Positions 12,486 through 24,096 of a stretch of DNA of 45,379 bases are shown here, one piece after another. Under the pieces are notes generated by a model. It was not told the origin of the DNA, ran no database searches, and saw only the letters and a program-made list of their open reading frames with translations. Origin of the DNA: Octopus sinensis (lineage: Eukaryota); contig NW_021834812.1 of the NCBI RefSeq assembly GCF_006345805.1, forward strand, positions 1-45,379. Reading direction: 5' to 3'. Position 1 is the stretch's first letter. Every line of letters starts with the position of its first letter. A program made the translations under genes and the position numbers.

Positions 12486-12660
12486 ACTGCTTCTATTACC
12501 ACCACCACCGCCATCTCTACTAATACTACTACTACTTCTACGACTACTACTACTGCTACTACTACTGCTGCTACTACTATTACTATTATCACCACCACCA
12601 CCACTATTCTATTACTACTACTACTAGCAATACTGCAACTGCAGCTACTGCTACTACATT
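11836..12660. repeat. (TAG)n switching to (CTA/CCA/CTG)n trinucleotide mosaic
   Basis: Direct; the orientation flips near 12040-12060. Confidence 0.95.
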
Positions 12661-12829
12661 AGCAGCATTATGCTGTAATAGAGAATAAAAGATGGTATCA
12701 CCTCACAAATGTCCCTCCACATTCGATCGATAAATTCCAATAAAATCAGAAACATGATTGGAAAATATATAAATAAATAAATAAAATAAATAAATAAAAT
12801 AAATAAATATTCTTCCTTTTCTTCTTAAA

Positions 12830-14740
12830 TGGTTTTTCTTCTCTATATTACCTCAAACCCCCACCAACTCCACCACCCTTCCACCCTCTCCTACCCCTTT
12901 CGGTTTTTATATTATTTCCCACCCACCCGCCATCGACATCTCTCCCACCGAACCTACACTTTCTACCCGCCACCCTTCCACGCCCCTTTTCCTTTTTCTT
13001 TTTCCCTTTTTTCTTCTTTTACCTCCACAGCATTTTTCTTACGTCCTCTTACCTTCTTCTCCACTGCTGTGTCTCTTTGTCTTCTGTTTTTCTTGCCTTC
13101 CTCTCCGCCATCTTTGTCTATTAGCGTCTCCACTTCCGCTCTTCCTTTATGGCCTCTCCTTTAACGTTCTCTATTGCCTCCTTCATCTTCACGTCATCAC
13201 TTTTATTGCTTCCTCTCCTACCAGCTCATTCATTCCTCGCACATTTTACTCTATAGCTTCGCCTTTTCTTTTATATTCTTTTATTTAAAACAACCATCCC
13301 TCATTTCTTTATACTCTTCGCCTTTTTCTTTCTTTTCACTATCACCCTCGTTTCAACATCTTCAATATACCCAATCACAAAAACCCTTTATTCTAGACCT
13401 TAACCCTCTTTTTTATTTTTCTCTTTTTTTTTCTTTGTTTTGTTTTGCTATCACCTCTCTCTTCTTTCACTATTACACTGTCTTCACATCTCTCCTCCCA
13501 CTACTACAAAACCCCCTATATTTCAGACTTAATCCCTCTCTAACAATACCTTTCCAGTTCTTTCTCTAATACTCCTGATCGACGTCTCTCCAACCCTTAC
13601 CTTTATTCCAGACCTTAGCCCTCATTTTTCCTTATTTTCTGTCCCCTCTCTCTCTTCTTTCATTATTACCTTGTCTTCACATCTCTCCTCTCGCTACTAC
13701 ACAAATCCCTATATTTCAAACTTAATCCCTCTCTCTATCTATACCTTTCCAATTCTTTCTCTAATACTCCCGATCGACGTCTCTCCAACCCTTATCTTTA
13801 TTCCAGACCCTTAGCTCTTTCTCTTACTATCACATCTCCCTTTCTTTCTATCTTAACCCCGTGTTGACATCATCTCAACCACCCCCACTCATAAACTATC
13901 GTAATTCCAGACGTTAGCCCTTAATTTTCTTATTGCTTCGCCACTTCTTTCTCTATTAGCCCTATTGTATACTCCCAAGCTATCGTTATTCCAGACCTTA
14001 GACCTCATTTTTTCCAACCGCTCCTCTTTCCTGTCTCTGTCGCCCTTATATCTTCTCTCTTAGAGCATTCTCTATAACCCCCACTTTATCCCAGACATTA
14101 CCCTCCATTCTTTCTTTCTCTATTACCCCCATCTCAACATCTCTCCAACTCCCATCCCTAAACCATCTTTAATCCAGACTTTAGCCCATTTTTTCCTCGC
14201 CTCTAGACCAAAGCCCTTTTTTCCTTGTTTCAAGACCATAGACCTTTTTTCCTTGCCTCCAGACCTTAGCCCTCATTTTTCTATCGGTTCTCCTTTCCTG
14301 CTTCTATTGCCCCCGTCTCAACATCTCTTTTTCCCCACTCTCTATAACCCCCACTTTATTCCAGATGTTAGCCCTCCCTTCTATTGCCTCCTTCTACTCT
14401 TACTCTCTTCCCCCCAAACCCCCAAAACACATTTTCTCTGCCGCCTCTCCATTCTTTCTTTCTGTATTACCCCCACCCCATCTCAGCTACTTTCACCTTT
14501 ATTTCAGTTCTCCTCTCTTTTCTCCTATTCCTTCTTCCTTCTTTTGTCTATTACCCCCGTCTCCACATCCCCTATACTCTCCTCCACACCAAAACCAACA
14601 CTATTCCAGAGCTTAGCCTTTCCTTTTCCTTACTTAGCCCTTCTTTTCCCCATTAATCCCTCCTCAAAATAATCTTTTCTACATCCACTCCCAAACCAAC
14701 ATTATTCTAGACATTAACCCTATTTTTTTCTCTTGTCCAT
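12830..14740. repeat. Pyrimidine-rich degenerate minisatellite
   Basis: The motif TTCCAGACYTTAGCCC recurs roughly a dozen or more times at about 90-100 bp spacing between 13390 and 14720; there is a ~195-bp higher-order duplication at about 13450-13830. Confidence 0.7.
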
Positions 14741-14828
14741 CAGAAAAATAGCATTCACTGAACACATCAAAATTTGCGCCACTATGAACAACCCAACTTC
14801 AGAATTTTTCTCCTCTATAACTTCAGGG

Positions 14829-15048
14829 GTGGAGGCTTAGTGGTTAGGGTGTCAGTAACATGATCGTAAGACTGTGGTTTCGATTCCTGGACCGGGCGAC
14901 GCGTTGTATTCTTGAGCAAAACACTTCATTTTCACGTTGCTCCAGTCCACTCGGCTGGCAACAATGAGTAACGCTGCAATGGACTGGCGTCCCATCCAGC
15001 TGAGGAACACATACGCCATAGGCTTTGAAAAGGGCGTATTTATTATTT
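14829..15048 (+). mobile_element. SINE head B + tail Y (V-domain-like) with a 13-bp TSD
   Basis: TATAACTTCAGGG at 14816-14828 and 15049-15061; contains GCAATGGACTGGCGTCCCATCCAG. Confidence 0.9.
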
Positions 15049-15336
15049 TATAACTTCAGGGATGATTCAACCTATAACCAGGGCATTAGCAAGGAGTCAT
15101 ATTTTATCGCAAAATATAAACCCCTTTTGAATGCTTCCACCACACATAACACTATTACAAGGCCCTTAGAACAATACCCACACAAGTATTAAAGACGATG
15201 TATTCAGAACAGTCACTACCCATGAATTTATTCAGAACAATTCCAATCACTACTACTATAAACACAACAGGTCACTTTTAGGTATCTTGACCATTTAAGA
15301 AGACTCTAGCAACAGCCAACTACTGTCATACCGCTA

Positions 15337-16070
15337 CCGTCTTATTCTTGTTATTTCTCCCCCTCCTCCTCTTCTTCTTCTCCTTCCTCTTCTTCCGCTT
15401 CTTCTTCTTCTCCTTCCTCTTCTTCCGCTTCTTCTTCTTCTTCTTCATCTTCTTCTTCCTCCTCCTCTTCCGCTTCTTCTTCCTCCCCCTCCTCCTCCTT
15501 CTCCTCTTCTTCTTCTCCTTCCTCTTCTTCCGCTTCTTCTCTTCTTCTTCTTCTTCTTCTTCTTCTTCTTCTTCCTCCTCCTCTTCCGCTTCTTCTTCCT
15601 CCACCTCCTCCTCCTCTTCCGCTTCTTCTTCTTCTCTTCTTCTTCTTCTTCTTCTTCTTCTTCTTCTTCCTCCTCTTCTTCTTCTTCTTCCTCCTCCTCT
15701 TCTCTTCTTCTTCTTCTCTCTTCTTCTTCTTCTTCTCCTTCCTCTTCTTCCGCTTCTTCTTCTTCTTCTTCTTCTTCTTCTTCTTCTTCCTCCTCTTCTT
15801 CTTCTTCTTTCTTCTTCTTCTTCTTCTCTTCCTCCTCCTCTTCTCTCTTCTTCCTTCTTCTTCTTCTTCTTCTTCCTTCTCCTCTTCTTCTTCTCCTTCC
15901 TCTTCTTCCGCTTCTTCTTCCTTCTCCTCTTCTTCTTCTTTCTTCTTTCTTCTTCTTCTTCCTCCTCTTCTTCCGCTTCTTCTTCTTCCTTCTCCTCTTC
16001 TTCCGCTTTTCCTTCTTCTTCCTCCTCCTCCCCCTCCTCCTCGCCGTCTCCCTCCTCAGCTGCTGCTGCT
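15337..16070. repeat. (CTT)n/(CCT)n polypyrimidine tract
   Basis: Direct; about 730 bp nearly devoid of A. Confidence 0.95.
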
Positions 16071-16363
16071 TAAACAATCAAAACCCAGAACCCACATCCC
16101 TCTTATTCAATATTTCTTCAGATTTGCTACCACCTACCCATCAGGCTCCCACAAAAGTAAAAGAGAAACAGAAAAAAAGGAAAACGTCCCACGTATTTCA
16201 GAACAGAGAAAATATTCTACAAAAAACATTTCATATAATTTTTCAACAATTTAATTGTTTTCCATGCTTTACTCTAAGTTGAAAAATTTGCAAAGTCTGA
16301 AACCGGTACGAAATTGTTCTTCATGATAAAATTATTTTAGTCTTTTCTACCTTGTCTTATTTT

Positions 16364-16402
<39 letters not shown>

Positions 16403-16669
16403 GTAAAAAATAAATACAAACATGGACAAGAACGTGAAACACCAAGGAGACGACACAAGAACCACAGGACGGGACATTTGAAGCCCTCAGTCATCAGTCA
16501 AGAACCAGATCATCTTCGCAATGTATGTATGTATGTATGTATGTATGTATGTATGTATGTATGTATGTATGTATGTGTGTGTGTATGTATGTATGTATGT
16601 GTGTGTGTATGTGTGTGTGTATGTGTGTGTATGTGTGTATGTGTTTGCATGTGTGTATTTGTATGTCTG

Positions 16670-16858
16670 AACTTGTTCCCCTACCGTCGGTAGAGAACCG
16701 ATGTTGATGTGTTTGCGTTCTTGTAACTTAGCGGTTTGGCAAAGAGACCGGTAGAATTGGTACTAGGCTTACAATTAGAATTAGTACTAGGGTCGACCTC
16801 TGCAGCTAAAGGCGGTGCTTCTGCATGGTCGCAATCAGATGACCGAAACAAATAAAAG
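16670..16858 (+). mobile_element. 3' half of a diverged CORE-like SINE
   Basis: aaccgatgttgatgtgttt...aacttagcggttt...aaggcggtgct...atgaccgaaacaaataaaag. Confidence 0.75.
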
Positions 16859-17214
16859 AATACATGTGTGTGTGTATGTGTGTGTGAATCACAGAGACGT
16901 GTATATGTGTGTGTGTATGCGTTTGTCTACATTGGTTTTGTATACGTGTTTCTGTGCTGCATTCTATGTGTGTGACTGTATGAGTTCGTACGTTTGTGTG
17001 TGTGTGTGTGTGGGGTCGGTCTGTCCGTCTGTTTGTGTGTGTCTGTGTCTGTGTGTCTGTGTCTGTGTGTGTGTGATATTCTGTGCAAGGTTGTATGTGG
17101 TTTTATGTCATCGAGTGTATGCGTGCAAGTTGTTGTTCAGCCTCCAGGGGAGACTTGATTGGTCAAATCTCTACTGGACTGAAACGACCGTTGGAACACA
17201 ATTCATGACAAGGG

Positions 17215-17379
17215 AATATAGGAAGAGAAGGAGAAGGCGGAAGAGGAAGAAGAGATGGGGATTAAGGGATAGGTGGAGAAAAAGAAGAGGAAAAAGAAGA
17301 TGATGATGATGGATCATGATAATGATGATGATAGGAAAAGATGAAAATTAAGAAGGAGGAGGGGAAAGATGGAGAAGAA

Positions 17380-17411
<32 letters not shown>

Positions 17412-17606
17412 AGAAAGAAGAAGAAGAAGAAGAAGATTATGATGATGATCATCATGATAATGATAGGAATGGATGAAGAATAAGAGGGGGGAGGGGAAAG
17501 ATGAAGAAGACGAAGAAGAAAAAGATGATGATGATGATGATAGGAAAGGATGAAGAATAAAAGGAATGAGGAGGAGGGGAAAGAAGAAGATGATGAGGAG
17601 GATGAC

Positions 17607-17637
<31 letters not shown>

Positions 17638-17781
17638 GTGTTAATGATGATGATGATGAAGATGATAGAAAAGGATGAAGAATAAAAAGGAGGAAGGGAA
17701 GAAGAAGAAAAAGGAGAAGAAGAAGGAGAAGAAGAAGAAGAAGAAGAAGAAGAAGAAGAAGAAGAAGAAGAAGAAGAAGAA

Positions 17782-17835
<54 letters not shown>

Positions 17836-18060
17836 CATCAACAACAGCAACAAGTACAAAAAGCAACATCGTCGACAACACCATCAGCAAGCAACAACAG
17901 CGACTCTGACAACGGCAACAGGAATAGAAACAAGAAGAAAGACGACAGCAGCGCCACCACCACCAGCAGCAGCAGAAACAAAACAACAACAACAACAACA
18001 ACAACAGCGACGACCAGAACAGCGATAACAATGACAACAGCGATGACAACACCAACAGTG
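17215..18060. repeat. (GAA)n/(GAT)n/(CAA)n mosaic
   Basis: Direct. Confidence 0.95.
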
Positions 18061-18296
18061 TGAACATCACGCCTCAGATTCGATCTTTCTATTTATTAAA
18101 TCACCGTTTAAAAGAGATATCTCAAGAATATCGACTTTTGGGGATAATCTGAACAAAAACCTAGTCTGCAGATTTGTCTGTGATGATTTCTTCCATATCC
18201 TATTGATTGCGAATATCGATCTCTATGTATCATAATGTATTTTAGAAATTGTGTATTTTTGATAGATTTCACGGCGTGGCATAAAATTGAAGTGGC

Positions 18297-18377
<81 letters not shown>

Positions 18378-18541
18378 ATGTGTGTGTACGTGTGTGTGTG
18401 TGTGTGTGTACATGTGTGTGTACAGTGTGTGTGTGTGCGTGTGTGTGTGTACATGTGTGTGTGTGTGTGTGTGTGCGTGTGTGTGTGTGTACAGGTATTG
18501 TAATATCTGTTCGCCTAGATATATAACAAATTGTGTAGATC

Positions 18542-20105
18542 GATACAAGGAAGCCGCTATGCGGTCAATTGTTTTTACTAGAAATAGTAGCTTAATCTCA
18601 GTAAAAAGAAAAAAAAAAGATGGCCGCTACTGTATTTAAAAAAATATATGGATGACGATATTTCATAATGTAGGGTGGTATCTATGTAGCTGCTATATAT
18701 ACTAGAAATAGCAGCGAAATCTCTGAATAATTTACAGTATCTCATCTCTACAAAAATGGGCATTTCGTTATGTATTCCTAGATGTATACCAAACTCTGTA
18801 GAATCAACACAAGGAAGCTGCTATGCGGTCAATTGTCTTTACTAGAAATAGAAGTTTAATCTCAGTAAAAAGAAGAAAAAAAATGGACGCTACTCTATTT
18901 AAAAAATATATGAATGACGATATTTGATAATCTAGGGTGGCTTCTATGTAGCTGCTATATATACTAGACATAGCAGCGAAATATCTGCATAATTTACAGT
19001 ATCTTATCTCTACAAAAATGGACGACATTTCATTATGTAGTCACAGGTGCATACCAAACTATGTAGAATCGATACAAGCCGCTATGCGGTCTATTGTTTT
19101 ACTAGGAACAGTAGTTTAATCTCAGTAAAAAGGGAGAAAAAATGGACGTTACTGTATTTTAAAAAATATATGAATGACGATATTTGATAATGTAAGGTGG
19201 CATCTGTGGAAGTTTGTGACTTAGTGGTTAGGGTGTCAGCATCATCATCGTAAGACTGTGGTTTCGATTCCTGGACCGAGCGACGCGTTGTGCTCTTGAG
19301 CAAAACACTTCATTTCACGTTGCTCCAGTCCACTCAGCTGGCAAAAATGAGTAACGCTGCGATGGACTGGCGTCCTGTCCAGCTGGGGAACACATTCGCC
19401 ATAGAAACCGGGAAACCGGGCCCATGAGCCTGACTAGGCTTTAAAAGGGCGCATTTATTTTATTAAGGTGGCATCTATGTAGCTGCTATATATACTAGAA
19501 ATAGCAGCGAAATCTCTGCATAATTTGCAGTATCATATCTCTACAAAAATGGACGGCATTTCATCATGTAGTCACAGGTGTATACCAAACTATGTAGAAT
19601 AGATACAATGCGGTCTATTGTTTTACTAGAAATAGTAGCTTGATCGCAACGAAATGTTAAAAAATGGACGCTACTGGCTTTTAAAAAATATATGGATGAT
19701 ATCCGATAATATAAGGTGGCATCTATGTAGCTACTTGATATACTAGAAATAGAAGCGAAATCTCTGCTTAATTTACAGTGTCTTATCTCTAAAAAGATGG
19801 ACGACATTTCATGATGTAGTTCTAGATAGACTAATCGTGATAAGAAGAAAATATATACAAAACTAAGTAGACAGGATACAAGGAAGCCATCATGCGGTCT
19901 ATTGCTTTACTAGAAATAGTAGCTTAATCTCAGTAAAAGGAGAAACAGAATAGACGATACTGTCTTTTAAAGAATATATGGATGATGTTCGATAATACAA
20001 GGAGGCATCTATGTGGCTACTTGCTTATACTAGAAATAGCAGCGAAACCTTTGCATAATTTATAGCATCTTTTTCCTTGACAAAAATGGATGATACTTCA
20101 TCAAT
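18542..20105. repeat. Diverged tandem repeat, five ~265-bp units, one interrupted by a SINE
   Basis: Unit starts (GATACAAGGAAGC-like) at 18542, 18806, 19071, 19602, 19875. Confidence 0.9.
19206..19463 (+). mobile_element. SINE head B + tail Y with a 13-bp TSD
   Basis: TAAGGTGGCATCT at 19193-19205 and 19464-19476. Confidence 0.92.
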
Positions 20106-20308
20106 AAACGTGATCAAAAGGAAAACAAAGAAAATTACTAATGTTACTCGATTATTGCTGCTGCTGTTGATGATGATGATGATCATCATCATCATCATCG
20201 TCGTCGTCGTCGTCATTATCGTGAGGATGACAATGCCAGCCTCAAGTCAACATTGAAAGGTAATCTACTCGATCAAAATTGACCGATGGCTAAAGACATA
20301 ATGAACCA

Positions 20309-20344
<36 letters not shown>

Positions 20345-20446
20345 CATCACCACCATCACCACCACCACTACCCCTGCCACCACACCACTACTACTACTAC
20401 TAGAGACACTGCAAAATGATAGAAAGAAGACATGACGGACAGACAG

Positions 20447-20534
<88 letters not shown>

Positions 20535-20556
20535 ACAGACAGACAGACAGACAGAC

Positions 20557-20643
<87 letters not shown>

Positions 20644-21029
20644 CAGATATACGGGATGGTCCTTGCTGGAACAAAATAACTAATACTACATGATCCTCCG
20701 TCGGTATAGACGATGTCTAGTCAGTCGTTCGGTCCATTAAAAACTACCTACGCATTGAATTCGTACGTCATCTTCAGACATGAATGTCTCGCAGGTTAAC
20801 TGTGAAATATACTCAGCCTGACATCGTGTCTCATCCTGACAAGTTGACTGACCAGCCTCAAGTCAACATTGAACGGTAATCTACTCCATCAAAATTGACC
20901 GATGGCTAAAAAAACACAAACCACTACTATTGCTACTACTACAACGACGACAGCATAATATGACAAGTTGACTAAATTTTGCGCAGTTTCAATCCGCTCT
21001 GTTTTGCTCACAATCATGTTAAATATTAC

Positions 21030-21445
21030 GGAGATGTACTTGCATAGTAAGTGACATGATCTGAGATCTTGTGCTGAAACAAAAACAATTGCAGCGTGGA
21101 AGGTGTTTATAAGCCATTTAAAAACAAAAAAAAAACCAGTTAGATTCACTTCAACATTTAAACTTAATTTGTCAAAATATTTTCGTCGCTTTGATACCGC
21201 GACCTATTCCCTTTTTGTCAGTGAACAGGTTGCTGTTTCAAAGCGACGAAAGTACTGCACGAAATTTTGTCAGTGAAGAGGTCGCGGTTTCAAAGCGACG
21301 AAAATATTGGACGGAATTTTGTCAATGAACAGTCGCCGTCTCAAAGCGACGAAAATATTTTGACAACTTAAATTTAAATGTTGAAGTGAATCTAACGGAT
21401 TTTGTGTATTTTTAAATGGCTTATAAACCACCTTCCACGCTGCAA
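21030..21445. mobile_element. Fold-back (head-to-head) pair of a PLE-terminal-repeat-like element with three tandem 52-nt hammerhead-like units
   Basis: 21030-21209 is the reverse complement of the family at 22652-22850; plus-strand units start at 21214, 21266, 21318. Confidence 0.8.
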
Positions 21446-21625
21446 ATGTTCATGTTGAATAACTTCATGTTAAATAACCAAATGAAGGAAAATTGCGCCT
21501 CTCTTTAGTAGCTGCACATGCTGGAAATGGCAGGTGTATCTCATCCTTATCCATTTAATTTTAAATGCTGTGCAGTACGTTCAGTTCCATAGCAAGGCAT
21601 TAGTGTATTTTACTTAGCAATGATG

Positions 21626-21657
<32 letters not shown>

Positions 21658-21926
21658 GATGAGGAGGAGGAGGAGGAGGAGGAACAGACGTTATTTCAAC
21701 GAGATACGTCTTGTCAACTGAGGAGACACATGTACGCCGACGGATACACCTAAACCAAATGTTCGGTATCTCGCTTGTGGGACATTGATGCTAAAAGGGT
21801 CGAAACAATTGTAGCGACCAACAAACATTCTCGTATCCCCCATCTTCCGTCTGTTTCATAAATCCAACAAACACTAAGAAAGCGAACGCTAAGCGACCAG
21901 GTCCATAACATACGATTTATTAAATG

Positions 21927-21957
<31 letters not shown>

Positions 21958-22160
21958 TATATTATATTATATTATATTAAGGGAATTACTACACGTAAAT
22001 GCCTCACGCTATGAGGGACCCTTAAAGTCAAAACTACCATAATAAATATAGTGTGCCTAGAGCGAAGGAATGCAAGTTGGAAGTCAAGATGGTGGTGCAG
22101 CATGGCCGCAGCCATATGACTGAAACTAGCAAAATAATAAGAGTTTGTGTGTATGTATAT

Positions 22161-22412
22161 ATCAGATGTTGCTACACATCGCTGGTCACAATACGCTTCG
22201 CATTGTTTTAGCCTTCAAATGACGCCACCCAGCTGGCTAAGCGAGCAGGCCAACAGAAGAAAGAGTGAGAGAAAGTTGTGGCGAAAGAGTACAGCAGGGA
22301 TCACCACTATCCCCCTGCCGGAGCCTCGTGGAGCTTTAGGTGTTTTCGCTCAATAAACACTCAACAAAACGCCTGGTCTGGGAATCGAAACCGCGATCCT
22401 ACGACCGTGAGT
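22161..22412 (-). mobile_element. SINE head A + tail Z
   Basis: Minus strand GGTTTCGATTCCCAGACC...GAGCGAAAACACCTAAAGCTCCACGAGG, then a tail with TGTGACCAGCGATGTGTAGCAACATCTGAT. Confidence 0.85.
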
Positions 22413-22479
22413 GGGTATATATTTATAAAAAAGAATTTGAAAACGCCACTATATAAGACAAATTTTAATTTTCTCAGGA

Positions 22480-22527
22480 ATTTTACATGTTTCGGTTCTT
22501 CTTGAAAAAACGAATCTTATCAAAAAT
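22480..22527 (-). ncRNA. Candidate (possibly decayed) minimal hammerhead with a U3-A8 core
   Basis: Minus strand: AUUU UUGAUAA GAUUC-13nt-GAACC GAAAC AU GUA AAAU. Stem III palindrome ACAUGU; one mismatch in stem II; stem I is all A-U. Confidence 0.45.
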
Positions 22528-22651
22528 ATTTTAAAGAGTTAAGTGTAATAAAAAAGTTCATAATTGTTTCTTACTGGTCTCAACAGAATCCACGTGGTGG
22601 TTTTTTGTGGGGAGTAAGCAAAATAGCTTATATATATATATATATATATAT

Positions 22652-22847
22652 GCATCACGGACTTTGTCAGTGAACAGGTCGCGGATTTTAGCGACGAAAA
22701 TATTTTGACAAATTAAACTTAAATGTTGAAGTGAATCGAACGGCTTTTGTGTATTTCTTAAATGGCTTATAAACACCTTCCACGCTGCAATTGTTTTCGT
22801 TTCAGCACACGATCTCAGATCAAATTACTTGCTATGCGAGTACATCT

Positions 22848-22850
<3 letters not shown>
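22652..22850 (+). mobile_element. ~200-bp non-autonomous PLE-terminal-repeat-like element inserted in (AT)n
   Basis: Bounded by (AT)n at about 22630-22651 and 22851-22890; homologous to both arms of 21030-21445; carries a hammerhead fold. Confidence 0.7.
22663..22712 (+). ncRNA. Predicted minimal dimer-type hammerhead with a G3-C8 swapped core
   Basis: UUUGUCA(22663-69) GUGAACA G GUCGC-8nt-GCGAC GAAA AUAUUU UGACAAA(22706-12): 7-bp stem I, 5-bp stem II, palindromic AAUAUU stem III. Confidence 0.65.
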
Positions 22851-22894
<44 letters not shown>

Positions 22895-22953
22895 AGTATG
22901 TATGTATGTATATATACACATATCTGTATGTATGTATGTATGTAATAATCAAA

Positions 22954-23355
22954 TTATATATCGGTCTCTCCGTCTTTTGTTGTGATCCTCCGGTCCGTGA
23001 TATAATTCTCTTGCATGAAACCGTGTTCCGCGGTGCAAAAATGGTCGGTGAGCGCTGCATTGCAAGACGCTCTGAAAGGCGATATCCCATGACTATTGAT
23101 TATTAAAATAACCTGAACCAAACCTGGCTGGGAATCTGTCTGCGATTTGTTCCACATTCTAACACTTCTGAATATCGATCCGTATGTACTTTGATATATG
23201 TATTTGGGATAATAGCTATCGATATATTTCAGATATGGGAAGTATTGAAGCGCAAGAATATTAACAGGTATTGTAAAATCTGTTGGTCTACATCTGTTTC
23301 TTCCAAGTAATGCAGCCTCTAGTAAGTCACCAAGCCCGCTAGAAGTAGCAGCCAA
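22954..23355 (-). other. Non-repetitive 133-codon open frame; candidate coding exon or TE relic, product unknown
   Basis: Ordinary amino-acid composition in a stop-rich region; possible acceptor CTTCTAG near 23340 and donor CCAG|GTTTGG near 23124 on the minus strand; no recognisable motif. Confidence 0.25.
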
Positions 23356-23379
23356 ATTTCAGTTAAAATTACACCCTGT

Positions 23380-23604
23380 TCTTTTACTCTCTTACTCTTT
23401 TACTTGTTTCAGTCATTTGACAGTGGCCATGCTGGAGCACGGCTTTTAGTCGAGCAAATCAACCCCAGGAATTATTCTTTGTAAGCCTAGTACTTATTCT
23501 ATCGGTCTGTTATGCCGAACCGCTACGTTACGGGGACGTTAACACACCAGCATCAGTTGTCAAGCGATGTTGGGGGGACAAACACAGACACACAACATAC
23601 ACAC

Positions 23605-23663
<59 letters not shown>

Positions 23664-23765
23664 GACGGGCTTCTTTCAGTTTCCGTCTACCAAATCCACT
23701 CACAAGCTTTGGTCGCCGGGCTATAGTAGAAGACACTTGCCTAAGGTGCCACGCAGTGGGACTGA
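23380..23765 (-). mobile_element. CORE-like SINE, head-truncated
   Basis: Reverse complement of the 8948 family. Confidence 0.88.
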
Positions 23766-24096
23766 ATGCTGTCCATTATTATTGTTATTATTTTTTTGGT
23801 AGTGAATGTCATCGATGTATTGTCTCCAACAAACCAGAAAAGAAAAGGAAGAACTTCACAAAAAAGGCCATGCTGGAATTTTATTAGATAAAAACGGCTG
23901 TCAACAACTGTTATGAGTACGTTTAACACAAACACATACACACACACACAGGTACACGCACGTACATAGCTAGTTACATACGTACACATATACATTCATA
24001 AGCACATATATAAACGCCTTTTGGTATACATATGTAAATACACACACACAAACACATATACGTGTGTATATACTTATGCATAGATACATACTAATA

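Noticed and set aside
11939-12662. Poly-Thr (mucin-like), poly-Val and poly-Leu ORFs
   Set aside because: Pure trinucleotide mosaic, open in several frames on both strands, no splice or domain evidence.
16279-16318. UUGAAAA...GAAAC CG GUA hammerhead-like string
   Set aside because: Stems I and II do not pair.
17130-17200. DWSNLYWTE peptide resembling an LDLR YWTD repeat; also a local hairpin followed by GAAAC
   Set aside because: Match too short, no donor site, runs into a (GAA) tract; no hammerhead core in register.
15326-18070. Long Glu/Lys/Arg-rich and Leu/Phe/Ser-rich ORFs
   Set aside because: Products of (CTT)n/(GAA)n/(GAT)n tracts.
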